Assembly (NCBI GenBank): GCA_944380945.1
Contig: CALWJG010000001.1
Span: forward strand, 1-43,367
Length of the DNA: 43,367 bases
Reading direction: 5' to 3'
DNA from: an uncultured Agathobaculum sp.
GTDB lineage: Bacteria > Bacillota > Clostridia > Oscillospirales > Butyricicoccaceae
This document shows, piece by piece, positions 28,361 to 37,704 of the stretch; position 1 is the stretch's first letter; each line of letters begins with the position of its first letter. The translations under genes and the position numbers were made by a program. The notes under the pieces are model-generated. The model had not been told where the DNA came from. It searched no databases and saw only the letters and a list, made by a program, of their open reading frames with translations.

Positions 28361-28440
28361 AAAACGAAAGCAAAAAATTGTTGTTTCAACAGTTGAAATC
28401 AAAAATAATTGTTGTTATTATAATATCAGGCTTTCGTTTT
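28361..28440 (+). promoter_or_regulatory. pfkB operon promoter with flanking operators
   Basis: TTGAAA (28393)-17 bp-TATTAT, bracketed by inverted 11-mers AAAACGAAAGC (28361-28371) and GCTTTCGTTTT (28430-28440). Confidence 0.7.
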
Positions 28441-28487
28441 GAATATCGGCGGTGTGCGCTGCGGCCGCACCGGCAGGAGGTAATGAT

Positions 28488-29417
28488 GTGATCATCACAG
28501 TAACACTCAACCCCGCTCTGGACAAAACCGTGGAGATCCCGGCCTTTACCCTGGATGCGGTCAACCGCATCACCACCATCCGCACCGACCCGGGCGGCAA
28601 GGGCCTGAACGTCTCCAAGGTGATCGCCAAGCTGGGCGGCGCGAGCACGGCAGTCGGCGTGCTCGGCGGCGCGACCGGCCGCCGCATCGCGGACGCGATG
28701 GCGGCGCTCGGCATCGCCTGCAATTTCACCTTTGTCGAGGGCGAGACCCGCACCAACCTCAAGGTCATCGACCCGGAAAAGCACACCAACACCGACCTGA
28801 ATGAACCCGGCCTGACCGTCACGCAGGACACGCTGGACGCCATGCTCGCCGCGGTGACCGAAGCCGTGCAGCCCGGCGACATCGTCGTGCTGTCTGGCAG
28901 CCTGCCCAAGGGCGCGCCGGCGAACACCTACGGCGTCTGGACGGCCGCCTGCCGCGCAGCGGGCGCGCGCGTGTTCCTCGATGCGGACGGCGAGCCGCTC
29001 TCCCACGGCCTTGCGGCAAAGCCCTATCTGGCCAAGCCCAACAACCACGAGCTGTCCCGCCTGACCGGCCGCGCGCTCGAGACCGCGGATGACCTGCTCG
29101 CCGCGGCGCGCGAGATGATCGCCGGCGGGGTGGAGCGCGTGGTCGTCTCCATGGGCGGGGACGGCGCGCTGTTCGTCAGCGCGGACGGCGCCTACCGCGC
29201 CGAAGGGCTCAAGGTGCCGGTCGGCAGCACGGTCGGCGCGGGCGACAGCATGGTCGCGGCGCTCGCCTTTGCCGCGGAGCAGGGCCTGAGCGAGGAGGAC
29301 ACCGTCCGTCTGGCCGTTGCCACGAGCGCGGCCAACGTCATGTGCAGCGGCTCGCAGGCCGCAGAGCGCAGCGCAGTCGACGAGCTGCTGCCGCGCGTGG
29401 TATTCCATAAGATCTGA
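28488..29417 (+). CDS. pfkB: 1-phosphofructokinase (PfkB/FruK family)
   Basis: TVTLNPALDK, GGKGLNVS, LSGSLP, KPN, STVGAGDS; GTG start with AGGAGG RBS. Confidence 0.92.
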   Translation: MIITVTLNPALDKTVEIPAFTLDAVNRITTIRTDPGGKGLNVSKVIAKLGGASTAVGVLGGATGRRIADAMAALGIACNFTFVEGETRTNLKVIDPEKHTNTDLNEPGLTVTQDTLDAMLAAVTEAVQPGDIVVLSGSLPKGAPANTYGVWTAACRAAGARVFLDADGEPLSHGLAAKPYLAKPNNHELSRLTGRALETADDLLAAAREMIAGGVERVVVSMGGDGALFVSADGAYRAEGLKVPVGSTVGAGDSMVAALAFAAEQGLSEEDTVRLAVATSAANVMCSGSQAAERSAVDELLPRVVFHKI

Positions 29418-29457
29418 ACCGAATACGCATTGTATGATCACAAAGGAGCGTTTTAAC

Positions 29458-30723
29458 ATGAAAGCAAAAGCCGTTCGTCTGCACGCAGCCAACGACCTGC
29501 GTCTGGAGGAGTTCGAGCTGCCCGAGATCCGCGACGACGAGATCCTGGTCAAGGTCGTGTCGGACAGCATCTGCATGTCCACCTATAAATGCGCCATCCT
29601 CGGCGTCAAGCACAAGCGCGTGCACGAGGACGTGGCCGAGCATCCGGCCATCATGGGCCACGAATTTGCGGGCGACATCGTCAAGGTCGGCGCCAAGCAC
29701 GCGGACAAGTTCAAGCCCGGCATGAAGTTCACCCTGCAGCCCGCGCTCAACTACAAGGGCACCATGTGGTCCCCCGGCTACTCCTATGAGTTCTTCGGCG
29801 GCGACGCGACCTACTGCATCATCCCGGCCGAGGTCATGGAGCTGGGCTGCCTGCTCGAGTACAAGGGCCGGGCGTACTATGAGGCGTCCCTCGCCGAGCC
29901 GATGAGCTGCAGCATCGGCGCGTTCAACGCCTGCTTCCACACCCGCATGGGCGTGTATGAGCACGAAATGGGCATCCGCAAGGGCGGCAAGCTGGCGCTG
30001 CTGGCCGCGGCCGGCCCGATGGGCCTGGGCGCGCTGACCTATGCGCTGCACCGCGACGTGCGCCCCTCGCTGGTCGTCGTGACCGACATCAACGCCGAGC
30101 GTCTGGCGCGTGCGGAGCAGCTGTTCCCGGTCGAGGAGGCCGCCAAGGACGGCATTGAGCTGCACTTTGTCAACACCGCGGACATGGCCGACCCGGCCGC
30201 CGAGCTGCGCGCGCTGACCGGCGGCACCGGCTTTGACGACGTGTTCTGCTACGCGCCGGTCGGTCAGGTCGTCGAGCTGTCGAGCGACGTGCTCGGCCGC
30301 GACGGCTGCCTGAACTTCTTCGCCGGCCCGACCGACCCGAAGTTCTCCGCCAAGCTCAACTTCTACGATGTGCACTATAACTCCACCCACGTCATCGGCA
30401 CGACCGGCGGCAACACCGCGGACATGATCGAGTCGCTCGAGCTGACCGCCGCGGGCCGCATCGACCCGTCGGTCATGGTCACCCACATCGGCGGTCTGGA
30501 CGCCGCGGCGGAGACCACGCTCAACCTGCCCAAGATCCCGGGCGGCAAAAAGCTGATCTACACCCACATCACCATGCCGCTGACCGCGATCGCGGATTTC
30601 CGCGCCAAGGGCGCGGAGGACGCGCGCTTCACCGCGCTGGCCGACATCGTCGACGCGCACAACGGCCTGTGGTGCCCGGAGGCTGAGGAATACCTGCTCG
30701 CCCACTGGGTGCAGGCCGAATAA
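29458..30723 (+). CDS. Zn-dependent MDR dehydrogenase, L-sorbose-1-phosphate reductase (SorE/YggP)-like
   Basis: DSICMSTYK, GHEFAG, PGYSY, AEPMSC, AGPMG, GCLNFFAG, THIGGL, GGKKLIY; ~421 aa; no structural-Zn Cys cluster; AAAGGAG RBS. Confidence 0.85.
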   Translation: MKAKAVRLHAANDLRLEEFELPEIRDDEILVKVVSDSICMSTYKCAILGVKHKRVHEDVAEHPAIMGHEFAGDIVKVGAKHADKFKPGMKFTLQPALNYKGTMWSPGYSYEFFGGDATYCIIPAEVMELGCLLEYKGRAYYEASLAEPMSCSIGAFNACFHTRMGVYEHEMGIRKGGKLALLAAAGPMGLGALTYALHRDVRPSLVVVTDINAERLARAEQLFPVEEAAKDGIELHFVNTADMADPAAELRALTGGTGFDDVFCYAPVGQVVELSSDVLGRDGCLNFFAGPTDPKFSAKLNFYDVHYNSTHVIGTTGGNTADMIESLELTAAGRIDPSVMVTHIGGLDAAAETTLNLPKIPGGKKLIYTHITMPLTAIADFRAKGAEDARFTALADIVDAHNGLWCPEAEEYLLAHWVQAE

Positions 30724-30756
30724 TCCCCGACGGAAAAGAGAGAGGAGGAACCCCCG

Positions 30757-31509
30757 ATGCAGGAACGCCGCCAGAAGATCGTGGAATTCGTCAACCGGCT
30801 GGGCACGGTGAGCTTCGCCCAGCTCCGCGCGGCGTTTCAGGAGGTTTCCGAAATGACGCTGCGCACCGACCTCAAGGCGCTCGACGAGGAGCGCCGGCTG
30901 GTGCGGGTGCACGGCGGCGCAAAGTCGGTCGAAGTCGTCGTCGGCACGGACGACTTCCTGCTGCGCCGCAGCCTGCGCGCCGCGCCCGAAAAGGCGCAGA
31001 TCGCGCGCAAGGCGCTCGGCCTGCTGCGGCCGGATATGACCATCTATCTGGACTCCGGCAGCACAACGACCGGGCTCGCCCATCTGATCCCGGATGAGCG
31101 GTACCAGATCTTCACCAATTCCCTGTCCTGCGCGAACGAACTGCTGCGCCTGACCCGCGCGCGGGTGTTCCTGCCCGGCGGCTTTGTCAACCGGTACAGC
31201 CAGAGCCTGTGCGGCGTGCATCCCATGCAGTTCATCAGCGGGGTCAACTTTGACCTCGCGCTGATCGGCACGACCAGCTACGCGGAAAAGAGCGGCTTCT
31301 CCTGCGGCATGGAGGAGGAAGCCCAGCTCAAGCGTGCGGTCATCGCGCAGGCCGAACGCAGCTATGTGCTGATGGATGCGGGCAAGGTCGGGCTCAAAAG
31401 CACATTTTCCTTCGCTTCGCTGGACGACGTGGACGGTATCGTGTCGGACGACGCGCTGCCCGGCGAAGTGGTCACAGCCTGCCGTGCGCGGGGCGTGCAG
31501 GTGCTGTGA
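30757..31509 (+). CDS. DeoR/GlpR family transcriptional regulator
   Basis: VSEMTLRTDL, RVHGGA, EKAQIA, YLDSGSTT, TNS motifs. Confidence 0.93.
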   Translation: MQERRQKIVEFVNRLGTVSFAQLRAAFQEVSEMTLRTDLKALDEERRLVRVHGGAKSVEVVVGTDDFLLRRSLRAAPEKAQIARKALGLLRPDMTIYLDSGSTTTGLAHLIPDERYQIFTNSLSCANELLRLTRARVFLPGGFVNRYSQSLCGVHPMQFISGVNFDLALIGTTSYAEKSGFSCGMEEEAQLKRAVIAQAERSYVLMDAGKVGLKSTFSFASLDDVDGIVSDDALPGEVVTACRARGVQVL

Positions 31510-31555
31510 GCGGTATCCCCGCCAGTTCACCCCATTTTGAATTCTCTGTCGATAA

Positions 31556-31591
31556 AAAAGTGCGGCAGGCCGGACGGCCTGCCGCACTTTT
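31556..31591. terminator. Bidirectional Rho-independent terminator
   Basis: AAAAGTGCGGCAGGCC-GGAC-GGCCTGCCGCACTTTT between convergent genes. Confidence 0.9.
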
Positions 31592-31616
31592 GTTGTTTTG
31601 TGCAATATATCCGCGT

Positions 31617-34600
31617 TTATTTGATGACCGCGAGCAGCTCGCCGGCCTTGACCGAGGTGTTCTCCCCCACCAGCAGCTTGTCGACCTTGCCGGCCATGCG
31701 CGCCACGACCGAGGTCTCCATCTTCATGGCCTCGATCACGAGCAGCACCTGATTCTCCTCGACCGTGTCGCCCTCGCGCACCAGCACGCGGGACACCATG
31801 CCGGGCATGGGCGCGCCGGTCTGCGCCTTGTCGGTCGGGTCGGCCAGCTCGACATGGTCGTGCAGCGCGGGCGCCTGCGGGTCGGGCACCGTCACCTCGC
31901 GGCGCATGCCGTTGAGCTCGAACAGCACGGTGCGCGTGCCGTCCTCGTTGCGGTCGCCCAGACCGAGGTACTTGACCACGAGCGTCTTGCCGTCCTCGAT
32001 GTTGATCTGGTTGGTCTCGCCCAGCGCCATGCCGTTGAAGAACACATGGCTGCCCATGCGGGACATGTAGCCGTATTCCTTGCGGTGGCGGCAGTATTCC
32101 TCAACCACCTTGGGATACAGGCACCACGAGAGCACGGTGCGGTCCTTGGCCCCCGGCTGGAACTGCTCGACCGTCTTGCGCGCCGCGTCAAAGTCCACCG
32201 GCTCGAGCAGCGCGCCCGGGCGGCAGGTGATCGGCTTCTCGCCCTTGAGCACCAGCTTTTGCAGCTCGGGCGGGAAGCCGCCCGCGGGCTGGCCCATCAT
32301 GCCCTTGAAGTAGGACACTACCGAATCCGGGAAGGTGAGCGCCTCGCCCTTTTCGAGGATGTTCTCGGGTGTCAGGCGGTTCTGCACCATGAAGATCGCG
32401 AGGTCGCCCACCATCTTGGAGGACGGCGTGACCTTGACGATGTCGCCCAGCATGAGGTTGACCTGCTTGTACATCTCGCGCACTTCTTCAAACTGGCTGC
32501 CCAGACCGAGCGCCTCGACCTGCGACTGCAGGTTGGTGTACTGCCCGCCGGGCATCTCATAGCGGTAGATGTCGGTCGAGGGCGCCTTGAGGCCGCCGTC
32601 AAACGAGGCATAGCGCAGGCGCACATCCGCCCAGTAATTGCTCAGGTACTGGAGCCGGTCCGGGTCAAGCCCGGTGTCGCGCTCCTGCCCGTGCAGCGCG
32701 GCGACGACCGCGTTCATGGACGGCTGGCTGGTCATGGACGAGAGCGAGTCGATCGCCGTGTCCACGATGTCCACGCCCGCCTCGGCCGCGAGCAGCAGCG
32801 CCGCCACCTGATTGCCCGAGGTGTCGTGCGTGTGCAGGTGGATGGGCAGGCCGACCTCGTTTTTGAGCGCGGTGACCAGCTTTTTGGCCGCATAGGGCTT
32901 GAGCAGGCCGGACATATCCTTGATGCACAGGAGGTGCGCGCCGCGCTTTTCGATCTCCTTTGCGAGATCGACATAATAGGAAAGCGTATATTTGTCCCGC
33001 TTGGGGTCGAGGATGTCGCCCGTGTAGCAGATCGCGGCTTCGCACAGCTTGCCCTGATTCAGCACCTCGTCCATGGCGACCTCCATGCCGGGCAGCCAGT
33101 TGAGCGAGTCGAACACGCGGAACACGTCGATGCCGGTTCTAGCGGCTTCCTTGATGAACGCGCGCACCAGATTGTCCGGATAGTTGGCGTAGCCCACCAG
33201 GCTCGAGCCGCGCAGCAGCATCTGCAGCGGGATGTTGGGGATCTTTTCGCGCAGCAGCTCAAGCCGCTCCCACGGGGATTCATGCAGGAAGCGGTAGGCG
33301 GTGTCGAACGTCGCGCCGCCCCAGCACTCGAGCGAGAAGCAGTTATTTAAGATCTCCGCCGCGCCCTTGGCCGCGCCGACCATGTCGCGCGTGCGCATGC
33401 GGGTCGCGAGCAGGGACTGGTGCGCGTCGCGCATGGTGGTGTCGGTGATCAGCAGACGCTTGCTGTCCAGCACATAGCGCTTGACCGCCTCCGGTCCCTC
33501 GCGGTCGAGCAGCTGCTTGAGGCCCTCGCACTGCGGGGGCGAGCTCTCATAGGGCGGGAACCGCGGCGCGTCGTACTGTGCGCGCTCAGCCGAGGGGTTT
33601 GCGACCTGGATCTCCGCGATATAGCGCAGCACCTTGGTCGCGCGGTCCTGTCCCTCCTCAAAGTCGAACAGCTCGGGCGTCTCGTCGATGAACTTGGTGT
33701 GGCACGCGCCGGCCTGAAACGCCGGATGCTGCAAAATGTTCGTGATGAACGGGATGTTGGTCTTGACGCCGCGGATGTGCTCCTCGCTGATCGCGCGCAG
33801 CGCCTTGCGGCACAGGCCCTCAAAGGTGTTGTCGTGGCAGGTGATCTTGACCAGCAGCGAATCGTAATACGGCGAGATCTCCGCGCCGACATAGGTGTTG
33901 CTGCCGTCCAGACGCACGCCGTTGCCGCCGGACGAGCGGTAGGAGGTGATCTTGCCGATGTCGGGCAGGAAGCTGTTCTTGGGGTCCTCGGTCGTGATGC
34001 GGCACTGCATCGCATAGCCGCGCGCAATCACGTCCGACTGCTTGCGGATGCCGATCTCCTCATCGAACAGCGGATACCCCTCCGCGATCAGGATCTGCGA
34101 GCGCACGAGGTCGATGCCGGTCAGCTCCTCGGTGACCGTGTGCTCGACCTGGATGCGCGGGTTCATCTCGATGAAATAGTAATTGCCGGTCTTGTCCACC
34201 AGAAACTCGATCGTGCCCGCGGACACATAGCCCACATGCCGCGCGATCTTGACCGCATCCGCATACAGGCGGCTGCGCACCTCCTGCGGCACGCTCCACG
34301 CGGGCGCGAACTCCACGACCTTCTGGTAGCGACGCTGCAGCGAGCAGTCGCGCTCGAACAGGTGGACGATGTTGCCGTAGCGGTCGCCCAGCACCTGCAC
34401 CTCGATGTGCTTGGGCTCGACGAGGAACTTCTCAATGAAAATGTCCTCGTTGCCAAAGGCCTTCTGCGCCTCGCTCTTGACCTGCGGGAAGCCCACGCGG
34501 ATGTCCTCGGCATTGTCGCAGCGGCGCATGCCGCGTCCGCCGCCGCCGCCCGCCGCCTTGAGCAGCACCGGGTAGCCGAATTCCTCCGCCTTTGCGATGG

Positions 34601-35045
34601 CGTCCTCGGTATCGGCCAGCGGCCGGTCCGAGCCGGGAATGGTGGGCACGCCGCATTCGTGCGCAATGGTCTTGGCGGTCAGCTTGTCGCCCATCTGGTC
34701 GAGGATCTTGGGGGAAGGGCCGATGAACGTGATGCCCGCCTGCTCGCAGGCGCGGGCAAACTCCGCGTTTTCCGACAGGAAGCCGTAGCCGGGGTGGATG
34801 GCGTCCACGCCGCGGCGCCTGGCGAGGTCGATGATGCCCGGGATGTCCAGATAGGCGGCCAGCGGGCTTTTGTTCTCGCCGATCAGATACGCCTCGTCCG
34901 CGCGGGTGCGGTACAGGCTGTAAGTATCCTCCTGTGAATAAATGGCCACCGTGCGCAGGCCCAGATCGTAGCACGCGCGGAATATGCGCAGCGCGATCTC
35001 GCCGCGGTTGGCGACCAGTACCTTGTTGAACTTGCGTACCTCCAT
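31617..35045 (-). CDS. pyc: Pyruvate carboxylase
   Basis: VANRGEIA, GGGGRGMR, ERDCSLQRR, RDAHQS, HLHTH and biotinyl EAMKM; 1142 aa. Confidence 0.98.
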   Translation of the reverse strand: MEVRKFNKVLVANRGEIALRIFRACYDLGLRTVAIYSQEDTYSLYRTRADEAYLIGENKSPLAAYLDIPGIIDLARRRGVDAIHPGYGFLSENAEFARACEQAGITFIGPSPKILDQMGDKLTAKTIAHECGVPTIPGSDRPLADTEDAIAKAEEFGYPVLLKAAGGGGGRGMRRCDNAEDIRVGFPQVKSEAQKAFGNEDIFIEKFLVEPKHIEVQVLGDRYGNIVHLFERDCSLQRRYQKVVEFAPAWSVPQEVRSRLYADAVKIARHVGYVSAGTIEFLVDKTGNYYFIEMNPRIQVEHTVTEELTGIDLVRSQILIAEGYPLFDEEIGIRKQSDVIARGYAMQCRITTEDPKNSFLPDIGKITSYRSSGGNGVRLDGSNTYVGAEISPYYDSLLVKITCHDNTFEGLCRKALRAISEEHIRGVKTNIPFITNILQHPAFQAGACHTKFIDETPELFDFEEGQDRATKVLRYIAEIQVANPSAERAQYDAPRFPPYESSPPQCEGLKQLLDREGPEAVKRYVLDSKRLLITDTTMRDAHQSLLATRMRTRDMVGAAKGAAEILNNCFSLECWGGATFDTAYRFLHESPWERLELLREKIPNIPLQMLLRGSSLVGYANYPDNLVRAFIKEAARTGIDVFRVFDSLNWLPGMEVAMDEVLNQGKLCEAAICYTGDILDPKRDKYTLSYYVDLAKEIEKRGAHLLCIKDMSGLLKPYAAKKLVTALKNEVGLPIHLHTHDTSGNQVAALLLAAEAGVDIVDTAIDSLSSMTSQPSMNAVVAALHGQERDTGLDPDRLQYLSNYWADVRLRYASFDGGLKAPSTDIYRYEMPGGQYTNLQSQVEALGLGSQFEEVREMYKQVNLMLGDIVKVTPSSKMVGDLAIFMVQNRLTPENILEKGEALTFPDSVVSYFKGMMGQPAGGFPPELQKLVLKGEKPITCRPGALLEPVDFDAARKTVEQFQPGAKDRTVLSWCLYPKVVEEYCRHRKEYGYMSRMGSHVFFNGMALGETNQINIEDGKTLVVKYLGLGDRNEDGTRTVLFELNGMRREVTVPDPQAPALHDHVELADPTDKAQTGAPMPGMVSRVLVREGDTVEENQVLLVIEAMKMETSVVARMAGKVDKLLVGENTSVKAGELLAVIK

Positions 35046-35087
35046 ACAGCATCCTTCCTTTCCGCTGTTTTTTGTTATTGCAACCTT

Positions 35088-35116
35088 ATCATATCATTTT
35101 TTGTGCGCCTTTCCAA
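35088..35116 (-). promoter_or_regulatory. pyc promoter
   Basis: TTGGAA-17 bp-TATGAT with TG extension. Confidence 0.7.
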
Positions 35117-35327
35117 TAGCCATCCGGTGTCCTGCACAGAAATGCCGAAATGCAGCGCATCCATTTTTTGTCCGCCCGGACCGATCCGTGCGCCGGTCTG
35201 CCCGCCGCCCGCCGGCAGGCGCATGGTGGGTCCCGCCGCCTTTCCGCGCCGCCGGCGCGGCGGGATTTCCCGAAGATTCGTGCACGATCCCCGTCTTTTT
35301 TCTCCATTCGATCGGTTTCGCGATTTT

Positions 35328-35341
35328 TGAAAGTGCTTACA
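35328..35341. promoter_or_regulatory. LacI/cre-like operator (distal)
   Basis: TGAAAGTGCTTACA pseudo-palindrome. Confidence 0.55.
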
Positions 35342-35486
35342 TTTATTTTTCAGAAATTTTACATTTTTTTGCGCAATCAGAATCAAAACCAAATTCGTAT
35401 TCGTTTCATATTGTAAAATCTATGTTAATTTTGCACAATAACCTTGGCAAAAAGTTTGCTGTTATGTAGAAATCCTGTAATATCGC

Positions 35487-35515
35487 TTGCATTATTTCCC
35501 GCATGGTGCTATGCT
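35487..35515 (+). promoter_or_regulatory. Promoter of the LacI gene
   Basis: TTGCAT-17 bp-TATGCT with TG extension. Confidence 0.7.
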
Positions 35516-35554
35516 TAACCCAACAGAAAGCAGGATGGATTGGTTGCAAGCTAA

Positions 35555-35568
35555 TGTAAGTGCTTTCA
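35555..35568. promoter_or_regulatory. LacI/cre-like operator (proximal)
   Basis: TGTAAGTGCTTTCA between the promoter and the RBS of the LacI gene. Confidence 0.62.
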
Positions 35569-35595
35569 TCAATGGCAGCAAGGAGGGAGACCGGC

Positions 35596-36579
35596 ATGAG
35601 CAACCCCACGATCTACGACGTCTCCCGCCTTTCCGGCGTCTCCACCGCGACCGTGTCGCGCGCCTTTTCCGAGCCCGAGCGCGTGCGCGAGACCACGCGG
35701 CGCCGCGTATACGAGGCGGCCTCCGCCCTCAATTACCAGCCCAGCGCGATCGCGCGCGCCATGGCGCGCCAGCGCACGGACAAGATCGCGTTCCTGATCT
35801 GCAAAAAGGGCGCGACCATTCTGGATGAATTCTACGCCGGCATCTGCGAGGGCGTGATGCGGCGCGCCAACAGTCTGGACTATCAGCTGATCGTCTCGAC
35901 CGCCGAGGACTGGCAGCGCATCCCGCAGAGCAAGCAGATCGAGGGCGCGATCCTCGCGGGCGACGCGCAGCCCGACCTGATCGCCGAATTCCAGCGGCAG
36001 AACGTCAAGGTCGTGCTGGCCAACCACGTCTCCCCCGGCTTTGACCTCCCCTGCATCATTGCAGATGAATATGACGGCGTGCGGCAGGCGCTCTCGCATC
36101 TGGTCGCACAGGGCCACCGGCAGATCGCCATGCTGGCCGGCCGTTTCTCTTCCTATATCACAAGCGAGCGATACAATGCGTTTCTCGCCGCCATGAAGGA
36201 GCTGGGCCTCTCGCTGGACGAGAGCAGCATCCTGATGTGCGAGCGGGATGCGGAGAGCGCCGTGCAGGCCGCGCGCGCCCTGCTCGACCGGCCGAACCGC
36301 CCGCGCGCGGTGTTCGCGTTCAACGACGTGCTGGCCGCCGGCGTCATCAAGGCGGCGCGCCGCCTTGGTCTCCGTCTGCCGGACGAGCTGGCCGTGGTCG
36401 GATACGACGATTCCTCGGTCTGCCAGCTGCTCGAGCCCGAGCTGACCTCGGTCCATGTGGACTGCCGCCGGATGGGCGAGCTGTGCATGGACCGCATCAC
36501 CGCCCTGCTGCACGGCGAGACCGACGTCCCCCGGCGGACCGTGGTGCCCGTTTCGCTGCGGGTCCGCAGCTCTGCCTGA
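35596..36579 (+). CDS. LacI family transcriptional regulator
   Basis: TIYDVSRLSGVSTATVSRAF HTH, FAFNDVLAAG, VVGYDD, LTSV; AAGGAGGG RBS. Confidence 0.95.
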   Translation: MSNPTIYDVSRLSGVSTATVSRAFSEPERVRETTRRRVYEAASALNYQPSAIARAMARQRTDKIAFLICKKGATILDEFYAGICEGVMRRANSLDYQLIVSTAEDWQRIPQSKQIEGAILAGDAQPDLIAEFQRQNVKVVLANHVSPGFDLPCIIADEYDGVRQALSHLVAQGHRQIAMLAGRFSSYITSERYNAFLAAMKELGLSLDESSILMCERDAESAVQAARALLDRPNRPRAVFAFNDVLAAGVIKAARRLGLRLPDELAVVGYDDSSVCQLLEPELTSVHVDCRRMGELCMDRITALLHGETDVPRRTVVPVSLRVRSSA

Positions 36580-36742
36580 GCGTTCTCCCGCATGATCCGC
36601 AAACTTCCGCAGATACTATCGCTGCATGCGCGCCCCCGCTGCACCTGCGCAGCAGGACGCGCCGGCGCTGCGGTCCCGTCCGCCGCGGATGGAAAGCGCC
36701 GTGATTTTTCACAGTCTTTACATTCCTTTGACGGAACCGCGA

Positions 36743-36771
36743 TTGTTTGTAGTAATTCTACAGGGTATACT
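36743..36771 (+). promoter_or_regulatory. Possible promoter of the ABC operon
   Basis: TTGTTT-17 bp-TATACT. Confidence 0.45.
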
Positions 36772-36812
36772 GTCTTGGGTGCTTGTTCCCTGTTGAAAAA
36801 GGAGGAGATACG

Positions 36813-37652
36813 ATGAAAAGTAAAAAAAGGATCGGTACCGTCTGCAAGGCGCTCGGCTGCATTTTTCTGCTGCTGATCTCGCTGTTCCCCATCTATTGGC
36901 TTGTAGCGATGTCGATCCGTCCGACCGAGGAGATGAAGGGGCACATCAGCCTCATCCCTCAGTCACTCACAGGCGAGCACTTTGCACAGCTGTTTGATGC
37001 GGAAGGCTTCGGCCAGGCCATCATCAACAGCGCACAGACCACCTTCGGCTCGCTGATCATCTCGCTGCTGGTCGGCATCTGCGCGGCGTATATCATCGCC
37101 CGCCGGCGTTTCCGCTTCGGACTGAAAACGCCGCTGACCTATTGGGTACTGCTGGTGCGCGTTCTGCCGCCGGTCGCCTTCACGATCCCGCTGTACATCA
37201 TGTTCAACCGGATCGGCGTGCTCAATACCAAGCTGCCCGTCATGCTGGCATGCGTGCTGATCAACGTCCCGCTGATCATCTGGTTCCTGATCAGCTTCTT
37301 CCAGGACCTCCCGGAAGAGGTGGAAGAGAGCGCCAAGGTGGACGGCGCGACCGAATGGCAGCTGTTCCGCAAGATCGTGCTCCCGCTCGTTGCGCCGGGT
37401 ATCGCAGCGGTCGCCATGCTTTCGTTTATGTACGCCTGGAATGAATACACCTACACGGTCATCTTCACCAGAACGGCGACCAACAACACCGTCCCTCTGG
37501 CTCTGGCCCTGCTCAACACAGAGGACAGCCTGACCAACTTCGGTCTGGTGGCCGCGGGCGGCGTGATCTCGGTCATCCCCATCACCCTGTTTGTCATCTT
37601 TGCACAGAACTACTTGATCTCCGGTTTGTCAAGCGGCGCTGTCAAGGAGTAA
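36813..37652 (+). CDS. Carbohydrate ABC transporter permease (MalG-like)
   Basis: EAA loop EESAKVDGAT, WNEY, C-terminal GLSSGAVKE; AAGGAGG RBS. Confidence 0.93.
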   Translation: MKSKKRIGTVCKALGCIFLLLISLFPIYWLVAMSIRPTEEMKGHISLIPQSLTGEHFAQLFDAEGFGQAIINSAQTTFGSLIISLLVGICAAYIIARRRFRFGLKTPLTYWVLLVRVLPPVAFTIPLYIMFNRIGVLNTKLPVMLACVLINVPLIIWFLISFFQDLPEEVEESAKVDGATEWQLFRKIVLPLVAPGIAAVAMLSFMYAWNEYTYTVIFTRTATNNTVPLALALLNTEDSLTNFGLVAAGGVISVIPITLFVIFAQNYLISGLSSGAVKE

Positions 37653-37704
37653 CAAAGAGAGCAAAGCACCTGACCTACGACGATATGAGATTGGAGGAAA
37701 CAAA

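Noticed and set aside
23925-33350. Other long antisense ORFs (23925-26210, 26205-28373, 29338-31605, 31506-33350; also 4815-7061 and 39048-40946)
   Set aside because: Same codon-bias artefact; each mirrors a confidently identified gene.
35120-35300. GC-rich segment upstream of pyc as a riboswitch, or short ORFs (35075-35392 and overlapping ones)
   Set aside because: Lies upstream of the predicted pyc promoter; no known riboswitch consensus recognised; ORFs lack RBS and coding-like composition.
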